DNA of 63,224 nt, filler included, from Guillardia theta CCMP2712 (GCF_000315625.1; 6 parts of 6 records of this genome joined end to end with filler, not necessarily neighbours in it), one strand, 5' to 3'; counted from the first letter of the whole stretch, positions 35,167 through 47,072 are shown. Made by a program: numbers and translations. Notes: generated by a model not told the origin, from the letters alone.

Positions 35167-37447
35167 GTACCCTCATACAGCATCGGACTTAGGCCGCCGT
35201 TGGGTCCGACGGTCGGTCCAGGGTCGGTCCCGGAGTTGCATAAATCAATGCTCTCACGCACTCAGTGACGACACTGAGTTTCGAGCAAGGGGGAGTGAGA
35301 TTCGAAGATGTGTACGGTAGTACTGGACGTAGACGTACGTACAACACATTGGTATGATGAAAGCATGAGGCTGGTATAAACCGATACACATGTTTACTCA
35401 TTGCTGTACTATCGCTCACGGTTGCTGGACTATACCCGCATCAGCTAAGAACTATTGTTCCTTGCTCATCTCTCGCCTAAGGATCTGTCTAAAGGGGTTC
35501 CCAACCTTGGGAGGTTGGCCCGTTGTCCTATAGGCCCCGTAGGCCTGGTTGCTTCCGTATTAGATGTTTTCAGTGCCCGGCGGCCCGTCCTCCGGGCCGG
35601 TCCGGTCTCATGTCCGATCCCGGTTCCCTTGGCTGGCCCCTATCCCGGGCAGCCGTGCTTCTGCTCTGCTCCCTCCTTTGATCATACTTCAGTGGTCTTC
35701 CCCGGCCTCAGCCAGTGGAGTTTCCTCCGCCGGCCTTGCGGCATGGGTCGTCCGTGCTTTCAAGTTTACTTGTGTTGCTTCCTCGGCCTCGGCACTCAGC
35801 ATAAAGTAACTGTTGAACGGTCACGGTAATTTCCACTACCAGTACCCCCCACCGCCTACTCTTAATCTTGAAGAGGTGGGGTACTCGATGCAACCGCTCG
35901 ATGGGAGGCTGCAGCAAGGGGAGGGGAACGCTTCCAACGCTTCCCGTGGGCCGTTTGGGATGCTTCTTGCATGCTCTGACCCCCATTCGGATGTCTTGAG
36001 ATGGGATTTCGGGGTCAGATGTGACATTTCTGCACGCTAGCCATGTTTTACTAGGTAGTCGCTGATTTTCTGATGAACGCATGCGCACCCAATTTCTGAT
36101 CTCGCGATGCAGGCTCATACGTCACCAGGACGCAAGACCAGCAGAAGCTCGTGGTTTTTTGTGAATCTCATGCGAGTTTTGGATGATTCTTTTCCTATGA
36201 TATCTGAGAGGCTGCGCTGCAGGTTCATATGAATTCATAGGAATTCAAGCCTAGACGGGAGACTGACGGGAGCCAGCCTGGCAAGCAGGAGAGGACGAGA
36301 GACTGACAGGAGCCTGGATGGGAGCCAGTCACTAGTAGGAGGCGAGCGGAGATTCTGTGGAGGAAAGAGGCGGGAAGCGGCTCATAGGTTATCTGCATGC
36401 TTGTATTGATTCTAAAATTGCTGCTTCAAGGGGAGATGATGCACGGCCCCCAAGCCTTAAAATCACTGTGCATCACCTTGCAGCATAGGCATAGGCAGGT
36501 CAACCTAGCTGACTACAACACTACTGACTCCCTGCCGTCGCTTGTCTTAGCTTGCCACCACAGCGTCATGGAATAAGGCTACCTAACTGCCAGCACACTG
36601 CTCCCTACAGTAGCCTGCCACCACTGCAGTGTCAGGTCCTTGAAGCCCACCCACCGGATGTGCTGCGAGAGCCAGCCGGTCCTCTTCCTGCTGTTCATCG
36701 TCACCGTCACATCCTGTGGCTCGTCGGAAGCTGCAGGCCATCTACCCTGGCGCACAAGGTGCCGCTCTAGAGCTATGTCATAGTCCTCCCCGCTGATGTA
36801 ACCGAGGGAGCACTTGTCGTCTAGAGCGTCAAGGGACGTCCAGTCGTCAGGGTTGTCCTTTCTTCCCACGATGAACAGATGACGGAAGGACCTGCGGATG
36901 GACTTGATGCCGAAGGTCCTGTCACCACTCCTGCACGAGGACGACTTCACCTCCAGCGGCTCTCGGCACAGCGGCAGAGGTTCACCCCGACTCGACCCGC
37001 TGACCTGTCTCTGGGGCCCAACTATGATACACCCGTCGCTCTTGCCATGCAGCCCACCTGCCTGTGCAACGTCGATCAGAAGCTGATCGGCAGGGATGCC
37101 GATGCTCAAGGCCTTCAGTGCCAAGGGAAGTTTCCCGATCCGCATCTTCTCCTTCAAGCCCTGGACGTAGCTTGCGTTCCCCACAAGGCGAAGCAGATTC
37201 GAAGACATCAAGGCTCGCAAGATTAACTCGTCAACCTGACCTTCTCCATCTCGACACCGCGGCTCATGATCTGTGTCCAGGCACTGCAAAGCCCCTGCAG
37301 CGCCGTACTGTGAGCTGCCAACAACGTGCACATCCGATGTCATGACATCATCGGCCACTGAATCTGCACCCTCTCCCGCCGCCGGACAAGGCAGGCGAGG
37401 CTCCGAAACATCAGGCCGCTTGGCTACAACAGGCGAGTGTAGCATGG

Positions 37448-37702
37448 ATGTCTCCGCTGCCCCCGTCATCTCCGATGTCTCCGCTGCCCCCGTCATCTCC
37501 GATTTCTCCGCTGCCCCCGTCATCTCCGATGTCTCCGCTGCCCCCGTCATCTCCGATGTCTCCGCTGCCCCCGTCATCTCCGATGTCTCCGCTGCCCCCG
37601 TCATCTCCGATGTCTCCGCTGCCCCCGTCATCTCCGATGTCTCCGCTGCCCCCGTCATCTCCGATGTCTCCGCTGCCCCCGTCATCTCCGATGTCTCCGC
37701 TG
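37448..37702. repeat. 27-bp coding minisatellite (ATGTCTCCGCTGCCCCCGTCATCTCCG), left part; continues at 44237-44385
   Basis: About 9 units left of the element and about 5 right of it. Confidence 0.95.
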
Positions 37703-40700
37703 TGTCACACCTCGAAGATTCTCGAGTGGACCTTCAAGCGCAGTTCAATAAGAACTCACGTTGGATTTCTCTACTAAGAGGGAAAGCGGTGAAACAGAAG
37801 GAGATCTAACTCTCTTTTATTTCTTTCACACACACACACAAAACAAGACAAGACGATACACACAAAGACGTCTCAACAATCGTGGCACACACACGAAAGG
37901 GGAAGAGGACCACCTAGCTCTGACGAGTTTCATCCTTTTATAGCTTCGAGGAATGAGCCAGGGGTGCCGTCTCTTGGCTACAGAAAGGAGGGGTGTCCTG
38001 TTCTTGGAAGTTGACAAGCATCCCTTCTGACCTTCGAGAGGATACCATGCTCTCTCGCAGGGAAGAGAACCCCGTCCTTGCATGGCAGCAAGCTGCTTCC
38101 AACGGGTCGTACTGCACAAGACGCACCCCTTCTGTTTACCTTGTAAGTCCCCCACGGGTACACGGTTGCTGCAACAAAGGCCTCCACAGGGGTCCTTTCA
38201 GCAGCTTCACACTGGAGTAGAGTATCCTGGGTCATCCAGGAGAAGTCAGCTTCGAACACGAGTACGAGACAGCCAACTGTCCTTTCATCCTGATAGGCCT
38301 TTGTCTGACTCGGGCTCGGTTCCTATGAGCTCTGACACGCTCTTCTCTGCGCTTTCTTGGAGTGCTCAGGACTCAGAAAACTTCGCTTTCTCAGCTTGTC
38401 AAATCTGTTTTTCCTCTGACACGCTCCAGGCGCAGCACGTAAAATTCCTAATTGAGAGGCGCACGACGCTGCCGCTGCCGCTGTCCATGAGAAGAAGCAG
38501 AAGCATCTTGACGCGTGCGATGCTGTTCATATTGCTGAAGCAACTGACGGAGCGCCGGTGTACGCGAGAGATGGGCAACAGGTTCCCAAGTGTCGTCGGC
38601 GGAGGAAAATCCCTTCCAACGAACCAGATATTGCTTCGCACCATTACGTTGACGATGATTGATGATGCGAGCCACTTCGTAGAATCCAGGTACAGGTTGG
38701 GAAACCACAGGCTGCTGCAAATGATCTTTCCTGCGCACATGGGGGCGTAGGAACTTGGCATTAAAAACATCTTGATCCATGCGAGGGAAGCGCTGGCGAA
38801 CATCAACTCGATAATTGTTGTTGTTGCAAACCTCGGTGATAGGGAAAGGACCAATGTATCGATCTCGAAATTTGCGAATTTCAAACTGCTGATTGAATAA
38901 ACGCGCGTCGATCCAGACCAAATCACCAACTTGCCATCGAAGCGGGCGGCGAGAAGGAAGTAGACGCGTCTCTGCTCGATTGGCGATCGAGGCCAAGGTA
39001 TCTCGCACAAGGTTTTCACCTGCACGTATGTTGTCGACAGTCGTGCGGGCTTGAGGAAGAACCTGATCAAGGGTCAAATCCATAACTGAGCGCGGATTCT
39101 TGCCATATTCCACTTGAAAGGCAGATAACCCTGTTTCACGACGGGGGGCATGATTGAGGGCAAACTCAATGAATGGAAGATGGACTGTCCATTCAGATGA
39201 ACCCTGAGCGAGTTTAGTGCGGAGCATATCCAGAATGGTGGCATTGATCCGTTCAACGCGACCATTGGCCTGGGGATAGTACTTGGAAGAGTGGCGTACC
39301 TGAACACCTAGCGTCTGAAATACTGTATCCCAAAAATGCGAGGAGACATTTGGCCCATTATCCGAAAGGATTGCAGCAGGAAGACCACGAGTGCGATAGA
39401 AGTATTGGAGAAATAAATCCACAAGTTCCTGGGTCGTAGCAGACTTGTGAGTTGGAGCCAGCGTGACATGTTGCGAGAACGAGTCCAACATGACGAAGAG
39501 AGAATCATGACCTTGGGAGGTAGTCGGAAGTCCGCTGAGGAGATCGACGGAGATGACGTCAAATTTGTCAGCAGGAACGTCATGACTCTTGGGCAAACCG
39601 ATGGGTTTCTGTTTGTAGTTCTTCGCAGCCTGGCAAATGAGGCAGGAATGCACGTAATTTTCGACATCACGCTTCATGTTATTCCAGTAGACTTTGGCAA
39701 CAAGTGAGAGGTAGGTCTTGTCAGAACCAACATGTCCGGCATCATCGTGTGCAAGGCGTAGTACAGCCGCGCGGATAGCGGTAGGAACACAGATCCTCGT
39801 CCTGCCGGTAGAATCAACATAGTAGAGCAAGTCATCCGAAAATTCAAAATGACGACAACCCGGTTGGCCGAGCAATTCGCCGTCTTTGCCCAGTTGGTAT
39901 AAAACCTGAAAGTCAGGACAGGTGGAGTAGTTTTGCATCAGTTGGGAGACGAACGAGGAATCCGTAAGCATCTGAACGGTATGAAGACCAACAAGAAGAT
40001 CCCGAGCAATGTCTTCAGCGCGCATAGCGCGATCATGAGCCTGAGTCAGATCAGCGGGTGATTGGGGAGCGAACGATGGAGCAGGCGAGTCGCCTGAGAT
40101 CCGACTGAGGGCATCAGCAACGACGTTAGTTTCGCCAGGGATGTGGTGGATCTCCATGTCGTACTGAAGGAAGGTAGACAACCAACGAGCCAGGCGGGGA
40201 GAGAGTTCAGACTGGGTGTTCAATCTGATCAAGCTGTGGTGATCGGTACATACACGAAAGCGACGACCAATCAAGTAGTAGGAAAAATGACGGAGACTTT
40301 CCTTGAGAGCAAGAAGCTCACGCTCATAGGTGGAGTAATTGCGTTCGGCGGAGGAGAGTTTCTTGCCATAAAATGCAACGGGATGTTCCTCGTTGTTTTC
40401 ATCGATCTGATGAAGCGCGGCTCCAATGGCCAGGTCGCTAGCGTCTGTGTACAGGATGGTCAGCCGATCAGAACGGAAGTGAGCCAAGACTGGAGCCTGC
40501 GTAAGAGCTGTCTTGAGCGCGGCAAAAGCAGTCTCAGCAGACCGAGTCCACACGAAGCGACGTTGACTGGTTTTCAGCAGATCTGAGAGAGGTGCAGCAT
40601 AGTTGGCAAAATTCTTGATGAAACGCCGATAAAAATTGGCGAGGCCTAAAAATTGGCGAAGTTGTTTCACAGATGCAGGAGGCGGAAAATCTTCGATGGC

Positions 40701-43700
40701 AGCAACTTTGCTAGCCTCGGGTGCAATCCCATGCGCATTCAAAGTATATCCGAGAAAACTGATCTGCGTCTGAAGAAACACACACTTGCTCCGTTTAACG
40801 AAGACCTGGTGGTGGCGGAGGCGCTCCAGTAGGAGACGCACCTGCTGTAGGTGTGAACGAGGATTACCCATGGAAAAGATTAAGAGATCATCGACGTAGA
40901 CTAAGACGTTGTTCATACCTGCGAGGATGCCCTGTGAGAACTTCTGGAAGGCAGCTGTGGCCGTTTTCAGACCAAAGGGCAGAGCGCGGAATTGGTAGGA
41001 TCCTTGTTCAGTAACAAACCCAGTATATTGAGAGCTGTCAGGAGTGAGAGCTAGCTGCCAGAATCCTGAGGCCATATCCAGCTTGCTGAAGTAGAGGGTA
41101 TCCGTACTGGACACAGTACGCTGCGAGAGCACGCGCCCGATACGTTCCATGAGCTCGGTAGGGACGGGAGGCGGAAAACTGTCGTCGAGGAGGTGATTGT
41201 TGACTCCTCGATAATCAATACAAAAACGAAATTGAGGGACTCCTTCAGAGGAAAGACCTTTGCGAACAAAGATGACGGGACTCTGCCACATGACATCATT
41301 GTTTCGCTCGATGATGCCGCGTGCCAACAAGAAGTCGATCGTTTTAGCGAGCTCCTCCTGGAGCGTCGCCGGAAGTCGGTAGGGGCGACGACGAATTGGA
41401 CGAACGTCATCAGGAACCCGAAGGACAACGTCATACTGCCCCCGCGAGACAGGTGGCTGGATTGGTAGTTCGTCCACCAGAACATCGGAAAAATCCTCGA
41501 GTAGCTCCTGCAAGGCCGGAGCTGCGAGCGGCGATGCCGACGAGGCGACCTGAGAGACCAATGAACTGGTAGAAACAGGCGAGGACACGGTCGCCATGAC
41601 CCAGGGCATCATATCCTCAGGTGGAGGAGGCTGAAGCGTGTTCCAGTCCGCATGCCAGGGAAAAATCAAACACTGGGCTTGCCGCATAGCCGCGGAGCCA
41701 GGACCAGGGATGTGAAATGCGAGCGGAAGGCGTTGACGCCCCGCAGTACCATCCTGCGCTGGAATAGTAACGAGCTTGGAATGAAAGTCGATATTCATTT
41801 TCATCTTGGCAATGAACGGTTGGGACAAAATCGCCGGCAGTGACGCTGGAGAGTCCAAAATGAAGAACGTTTCTTGCGTTTCAACATTGGTGCCTGCAAT
41901 GCGAAACGGCAGGAGGCAGGTTTCACGAAGCACGACCTGGGCGTCGCCATGAGCGAACTGAGCGGTAAGCGTGGCGGGAATTCGCTGTGTGGTCAATTGG
42001 AGCTGTCGCGCAACCTGACGCGAGATCACACTGATCTCAGCACCCGAGTCAAGCAAAGCCAGGATCTCGGAAGTAGCAGCTGGCACCGGAGAGGTGAGTG
42101 GTACAATGGGCAGATAGAGAAGCGATCCTGAAGACGCCCCGTGCTCCTGAGAGCCAAGGGAGTGGAGTGCAATCGGATGCAAGTGTACCTCGAGAGCGTC
42201 ACCGTCCAGAGGCACTTCATCTTCCAGTTCTTCAGCAAAATGCACCTGAGGACGGCGCTTAGGCGTCTTCGAGCGAGCAGCAATCTTGTTAGCTGCAACG
42301 GACGGAGCAGCCTTGCGGTCGTCGGAAGTCTGAACAGCGCCAAGCAGAGGCGGAGAGGAGGAGTCGGACGACTGCTCACGTTCAGGACTCTGACTGCGGC
42401 GGGTACGACGACACTCGGAAGATCGATGTCCGAGTTTGCCACAGTTGTAACAACGGATGGCATTGGTCGATGTGTTTGGGGACGAGGAGTCTCCCGCACT
42501 CTTGGCGTCCGGCCGAGCAGCACGGCGCTCTTTGAAGGCCGAAGCCTTGCCAGAAGGACGACTCTTGCGATCATTAGAATTAGAGGAGCGATTGCCCACC
42601 TGCACGGAGTAGAGCTGCCGGTGGGGATCTGCTCCCGTCGAATGGTCTTTGGTTCTGGTCTGATTGTCGATCTTGAGCGCGTACTCCCTGAGCTGACGGA
42701 AGTCAACATCATCCGAACGCTGTAGAGTCACCCACTGATTCAAGAGTAGAGCAGTCATATGCGATCGGACACCATTAATGAACCGTTTGCAGACCAGTGA
42801 GGACGTCGCAAATAATTTACCATCCGGAAGGAGCTGAAGTTGCTCGATTAAGGTCAGGGTTCGGGCAGCATACGAAGCAAGAGATTCCTGACGGTCTTGA
42901 TTCAAATTGTCGAGTTGGTGAATGAGATTCGACAGCAGGTGAGGAGGCAGGAATTTTTCACGAATTTCCTCTGAAAATGTATCCCACTCCATGCGGCGAA
43001 AGGTCTCTGGCGGGTACTTGGCCACGAAGTGTTGGCGCACTGGAGCATCCAGTAAATCGAGGGTATGGACAACCCAGTTGGCTCGGGGGATACCATACAC
43101 AGCAAAGGAGTACTGAATGGTTTGAACCCATGTCAAGACATTGTTGGCGCTAGTTTGGCGGGCAGTATCCAACTTGGGGAGATTGCGCAACTTAGCAAGC
43201 AATTGCTGATCAGCCAGAGAGACCAGCTGAGGACCGTCACGCGAGGAGATGGGGGGCGGTCCAGGCTTGAGAGCGGCGGGCGGGACCGCCTCAGAAGAAG
43301 CAGGAGCTTCGAGAGCGTTCAACCGCTGCTGAACCTCCAGCAGCGCGGCAGACATGTTTTGGAGCGACCGATCCTCGGTCGATTCGGGACGAAGATCGTC
43401 GTCAATGCCGGCAGCAGATTGCCAGTCATGTTCCAAAGTATCCGTAGCATTCTCGTCCAGCATGCGAGCTGCGAGTCGAGTATTGTATCCGGACATCTAC
43501 GCGACGTAAGCGTAGGAAGAAGCAGAAGAACAGTGGAGAAAGGGAGGGGAAGAGAGAAGACTCGATCGCTATCACCGATCACAACCTTGCTACCAATTTT
43601 ATGTCACACCTCGAAGATTCTCGAGTGGACCTTCAAGCGCAGTTCAATAAGAACTCACGTTGGATTTCTCTACTAAGAGGGAAAGCGGTGAAACAGAAGG

Positions 43701-44236
43701 AGATCTAACTCTCTTTTATTTCTTTCACACACACACACAAAACAAGACAAGACGATACACACAAAGACGTCTCAACAATCGTGGCACACACACGAAAGGG
43801 GAAGAGGACCACCTAGCTCTGACGAGTTTCATCCTTTTATAGCTTCGAGGAATGAGCCAGGGGTGCCGTCTCTTGGCTACAGAAAGGAGGGGTGTCCTGT
43901 TCTTGGAAGTTGACAAGCATCCCTTCTGACCTTCGAGAGGATACCATGCTCTCTCGCAGGGAAGAGAACCCCGTCCTTGCATGGCAGCAAGCTGCTTCCA
44001 ACGGGTCGTACTGCACAAGACGCACCCCTTCTGTTTACCTTGTAAGTCCCCCACGGGTACACGGTTGCTGCAACAAAGGCCTCCACAGGGGTCCTTTCAG
44101 CAGCTTCACACTGGAGTAGAGTATCCTGGGTCATCCAGGAGAAGTCAGCTTCGAACACGAGTACGAGACAGCCAACTGTCCTTTCATCCTGATAGGCCTT
44201 TGTCTGACTCGGGCTCGGTTCCTATGAGCTCTGACA
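37703..44236 (-). mobile_element. Full-length Ty3/Gypsy chromovirus LTR retrotransposon (6534 bp)
   Basis: 635-bp LTRs at 37703-38337 and 43602-44236 (TG...CA, no differences seen by eye); 5-bp TSD CGCTG (37698-37702, 44237-44241); PBS at 43576-43595; PPT next to 38338. Confidence 0.98.
38448..43496 (-). CDS. Single-ORF Gag-Pol polyprotein (1682 aa): Gag/CCHC, protease, RT, RNase H, integrase, chromodomain
   Basis: CYNCGKLGH, LLDSGA, LPFGL/YVDD, TDASD/RELLA, H-H-C-C plus DDE integrase, GPF motif, and chromodomain YEVARIINHR...YLVRWKGFSSADDTWEP. Confidence 0.98.
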   Translation of the reverse strand: MSGYNTRLAARMLDENATDTLEHDWQSAAGIDDDLRPESTEDRSLQNMSAALLEVQQRLNALEAPASSEAVPPAALKPGPPPISSRDGPQLVSLADQQLLAKLRNLPKLDTARQTSANNVLTWVQTIQYSFAVYGIPRANWVVHTLDLLDAPVRQHFVAKYPPETFRRMEWDTFSEEIREKFLPPHLLSNLIHQLDNLNQDRQESLASYAARTLTLIEQLQLLPDGKLFATSSLVCKRFINGVRSHMTALLLNQWVTLQRSDDVDFRQLREYALKIDNQTRTKDHSTGADPHRQLYSVQVGNRSSNSNDRKSRPSGKASAFKERRAARPDAKSAGDSSSPNTSTNAIRCYNCGKLGHRSSECRRTRRSQSPEREQSSDSSSPPLLGAVQTSDDRKAAPSVAANKIAARSKTPKRRPQVHFAEELEDEVPLDGDALEVHLHPIALHSLGSQEHGASSGSLLYLPIVPLTSPVPAATSEILALLDSGAEISVISRQVARQLQLTTQRIPATLTAQFAHGDAQVVLRETCLLPFRIAGTNVETQETFFILDSPASLPAILSQPFIAKMKMNIDFHSKLVTIPAQDGTAGRQRLPLAFHIPGPGSAAMRQAQCLIFPWHADWNTLQPPPPEDMMPWVMATVSSPVSTSSLVSQVASSASPLAAPALQELLEDFSDVLVDELPIQPPVSRGQYDVVLRVPDDVRPIRRRPYRLPATLQEELAKTIDFLLARGIIERNNDVMWQSPVIFVRKGLSSEGVPQFRFCIDYRGVNNHLLDDSFPPPVPTELMERIGRVLSQRTVSSTDTLYFSKLDMASGFWQLALTPDSSQYTGFVTEQGSYQFRALPFGLKTATAAFQKFSQGILAGMNNVLVYVDDLLIFSMGNPRSHLQQVRLLLERLRHHQVFVKRSKCVFLQTQISFLGYTLNAHGIAPEASKVAAIEDFPPPASVKQLRQFLGLANFYRRFIKNFANYAAPLSDLLKTSQRRFVWTRSAETAFAALKTALTQAPVLAHFRSDRLTILYTDASDLAIGAALHQIDENNEEHPVAFYGKKLSSAERNYSTYERELLALKESLRHFSYYLIGRRFRVCTDHHSLIRLNTQSELSPRLARWLSTFLQYDMEIHHIPGETNVVADALSRISGDSPAPSFAPQSPADLTQAHDRAMRAEDIARDLLVGLHTVQMLTDSSFVSQLMQNYSTCPDFQVLYQLGKDGELLGQPGCRHFEFSDDLLYYVDSTGRTRICVPTAIRAAVLRLAHDDAGHVGSDKTYLSLVAKVYWNNMKRDVENYVHSCLICQAAKNYKQKPIGLPKSHDVPADKFDVISVDLLSGLPTTSQGHDSLFVMLDSFSQHVTLAPTHKSATTQELVDLFLQYFYRTRGLPAAILSDNGPNVSSHFWDTVFQTLGVQVRHSSKYYPQANGRVERINATILDMLRTKLAQGSSEWTVHLPFIEFALNHAPRRETGLSAFQVEYGKNPRSVMDLTLDQVLPQARTTVDNIRAGENLVRDTLASIANRAETRLLPSRRPLRWQVGDLVWIDARLFNQQFEIRKFRDRYIGPFPITEVCNNNNYRVDVRQRFPRMDQDVFNAKFLRPHVRRKDHLQQPVVSQPVPGFYEVARIINHRQRNGAKQYLVRWKGFSSADDTWEPVAHLSRTPALRQLLQQYEQHRTRQDASASSHGQRQRQRRAPLN

Positions 44237-44526
44237 CGCTGCCCCCGTCATCTCCGATGTCTCCGCTGCCCCCGTCATCTCCGATGTCTCCGCTGCCCCC
44301 GTCATCTCCGATGTCTCCGCTGCCCCCGTCAAATCCGATGTCTCCGCTGCCCCCGTCATCTCCGATGTCTCCGCTGTCTCCGCTGATGGACAGCAAGGCG
44401 GCTGGCAACATCCGCATGATGGACTCGCAGGCCAAACCATCCCAGGGAGCAGGAATGTGTGTGTAGGAAGAAAGTGACCAAGGCATGAGGAAGGAGAGGA
44501 CGAAGAGCCGGGGAAGGAGGAAGGAG

Positions 44527-44822
44527 AGGCATGGCAATGGAAGGAGGAGCCGGGGCAAGAGCAAGAGGAAGAAGGAGCATGGTGATGGAAGGAGGAGCCG
44601 GGGCAAGAGCAAGAGGAAGAAGGAGCATGGCGATGGAAGGAGGAGCCGGGGCAAGAGCAAGAGGAAGAAGGAGCATGGCGATGGAAGGAGGAGCCGGGGC
44701 AAGAGCAAGAGGAAGAAGGAGCATGGCGATGGAAGGAGGACAGGTGTGGGGGGGAGCAGCCGGGACAAGAGGGGGGGGGGCAGCCGGGACAAGAGGGGGG
44801 GAAGCAGCCGGGACAAGAGGAA
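44527..44822. repeat. 48-bp tandem repeat (~4.5 copies) followed by three short GCAGCCGGGACAAGAGG units
   Basis: GGAGCATGGCGATGGAAGGAGGAGCCGGGGCAAGAGCAAGAGGAAGAA repeated. Confidence 0.9.
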
Positions 44823-44984
44823 GGAGGGGGGGGATGGGAGGAAGTTGAAGAGCAGGTTGGGAGACCCAAGGAGCAGGAACAAGACACAACAGGCGCTGAT
44901 ATCGCGTGATTCAAAAGCATTTTCGCTTTCCAGAGTCTTCGAGTTGGCTGGGGCAAGTTAAAATAAACTTCAAAAAAGTGAGGT

Positions 44985-45450
44985 TCAATATCTTCTTCAA
45001 TATACACACCAATCTTTGAAAGATTGATCAATATAATTCAATATCTCCCTTAAGATTGAAAAATTGTCCACCCTACCCGTACGAAAAAAAACCTTCCGTC
45101 GAGTGTGGTGGAGGTTGAGGTGAAGGGGGGGACAAGGAGCTGGTGGGTAGGGGCATATGCGTTTGAGACTAGGAAGAGATATAGAGAATATCGATGATAG
45201 GCTAGTAAAGTCTCCCCTTTACTACTAATTTTAGTGGGGTCGCTTGGGAAAACATGCCGGAACTGCGTTCCTCTCATCCTTGATTTCAAAATCTTCTTCA
45301 ATATACGCACGAATTTTGAAAGATTGATAAATATATTCAATACTTTCCTTAATTGAAAGGTTGTGCACCCTACCCGTGCGAAAAAAACCTTTGTCGAGCC
45401 AGTCGAGATGTCAACATTTAAATGGGGGTGGGTGGTGGAGGTAAAGGTGG
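44985..45450. repeat. Diverged direct duplication (~44985-45130 vs ~45285-45450)
   Basis: Both copies share ATCTTCTTCAATATAC...TTTGAAAGATTGAT...CACCCTACCCGT.CGAAAAAAA. Confidence 0.8.
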
Positions 45451-46049
45451 AGCCCTGGCAAAAAAACCTTTGTCCTTGCTCACCCTACCCGAGCACCTGT
45501 GCAACGTTTGGTTGTACCACCTCAAACACCTTCGCTCTCTCACCCTCGTTGAATGCTACTAGTGTCTCACTTATAAAATCGAATCGTTCTCACCGGCATG
45601 ATTCGAGTCCCCTGCCTCCCTCCTTCATTCGACTACCCCTACCCGCTATTTGCCTACATCCCCAAATCTCCACCTACCCCACCCTCTGTTCTCAACCTCC
45701 GCAATGCCGTACAACTGCCCTAATTGCCAGGCAAGGAGCAGCTGCGATGAGATGCTGTTACCTTGAGTGACATGCTTGATGATGAAGATGTTTCCTTTGC
45801 TCCCCCGCATCTGATCCTTCCATCATTCAACTCCTTTCTTGGCGGCTCCTTCACTTCCTCCTAACACTTTTTTTTGACCTTCTGACTTGTGTGTCTCCAG
45901 ATCGTGGTCGATCCTAATACCAACGACAGCACAAAATGCGTAATTTGAATAGCTTCCAGTAGGCGTCACCTGACTTTGAGTGTTTTACGTTCTGCCGTGA
46001 ATTGCCATGTTGTTATTCGGAAGGCGGTAAGCATCAGTCTGTGCAGCAT

Positions 46050-47072
46050 ATGCTCAGGGGACGATAGGGACTGACATGTGGTTTTGCAATTTTGTGGGTT
46101 TATCATCGGATTGAATACGAATGGGGCTGGATAGGTGGTAAGTAACAATCGTCAAATGTGCGCTCAGGGAACGATTGAATTAACATTCTACAACAGGCTA
46201 CTTTTCAAGCTGGAGCCGAAGGAAAGTGCAAAATCTGCTCGAAGCTTGAAAAAGATCATTATGGATCTTCCAAGTTCTGTTATGTAAGGAACCGCTCATT
46301 CAGGGAACGATTGGCTGACATGTTTTTGAAAATTTATCGCTTGTTGCTTGGATTGACTGTCGATGATGCTGGATAGACGGTAAGTGACGCTCATGAAATA
46401 TGCGCTCAGGGGATGATTGGACTGACATGTATTTTGCAAATTCCTGGTTTTTCCTTGCTTGCATGGATTACATTCGTCTTCGTAGGATGTAAGTGTCATA
46501 TGATATGATGCGGTCAGGGGATGAATGGACTGACAATTTATGTCTTTTTTTGCGGTTTCACATTGTATGGGTTGTCGATTTGTCCGGTCAGCCGGTAAGC
46601 GATGATTATGAAAGATGCGGTCAGTGGATGACTGGGCTGACATTTTGTGTGTTTTGGATTTTTCATCGGATGGGATGTTGATTTGTATGGACAGTCGGTA
46701 AGTGATGATTATGAAAGCTGCGGTCAGGGGATGATTGGACTGACATGTATTTTGAAAATCTTATCGCTTTTTTGCTTGGATGGATGGAATGTTGCTGGAC
46801 AGGTGGTAAGTGACGAATATTCAAGATGCACTCAGGGAATGATTGGACTGACGTTTGCTTTGCAATTCCTGGATTTTCCTTGCTTACATGGATTGAATTC
46901 GTCTTTGTAGCGCGTAAGTGTCATATCATATGATGCGGTCAACGATTGGCTGACATTTATTTTTGCACATTCCTGGTTTTTCCTGCTTGCATGGATTAAA
47001 TTCGTCTTCATAGAATGTAAGTGTCATATCATATGATGCGCTCAGAGAATGATTTGACTGACATGTATTTTG
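46050..47072. repeat. Degenerate ~105-108-bp tandem array (~10 units) directly upstream of the ROCO gene
   Basis: Core TGCG(C/G)TCAGGGGATGATTGGACTGACAT near 46051, 46159, 46298, 46401, 46509, 46616, 46720, 46827, 46934 and 47037. Confidence 0.85.

Larger units (their letters stand above)
36579..44440 (-). pseudogene. Intronless gene for a repeat-containing PD-(D/E)XK-like nuclease, split by the Gypsy element (44440-44242 + 37702-36579)
   Basis: Removing the element plus one TSD gives a 1323-nt in-frame ORF (440 aa): MVWPASPSCGCC-(TGAAETSEM)n-...GKSDGCII...PLEVKSS...TFGIKSIRRSFRHLFIVGR. Confidence 0.6.

Noticed and set aside
23629-38337. A giant composite LTR element (LTR at 23.6 kb to LTR at 37.7 kb) carrying the viral block
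   Set aside because: Each LTR belongs to its own element: the 37.7-kb LTR has a TSD matching 44237, and the PBS/PPT face away from the intervening DNA.
46050-47072. CRISPR-like repeat-spacer array
   Set aside because: Cores are degenerate and the intervening segments are homologous to each other, so it is a tandem satellite.
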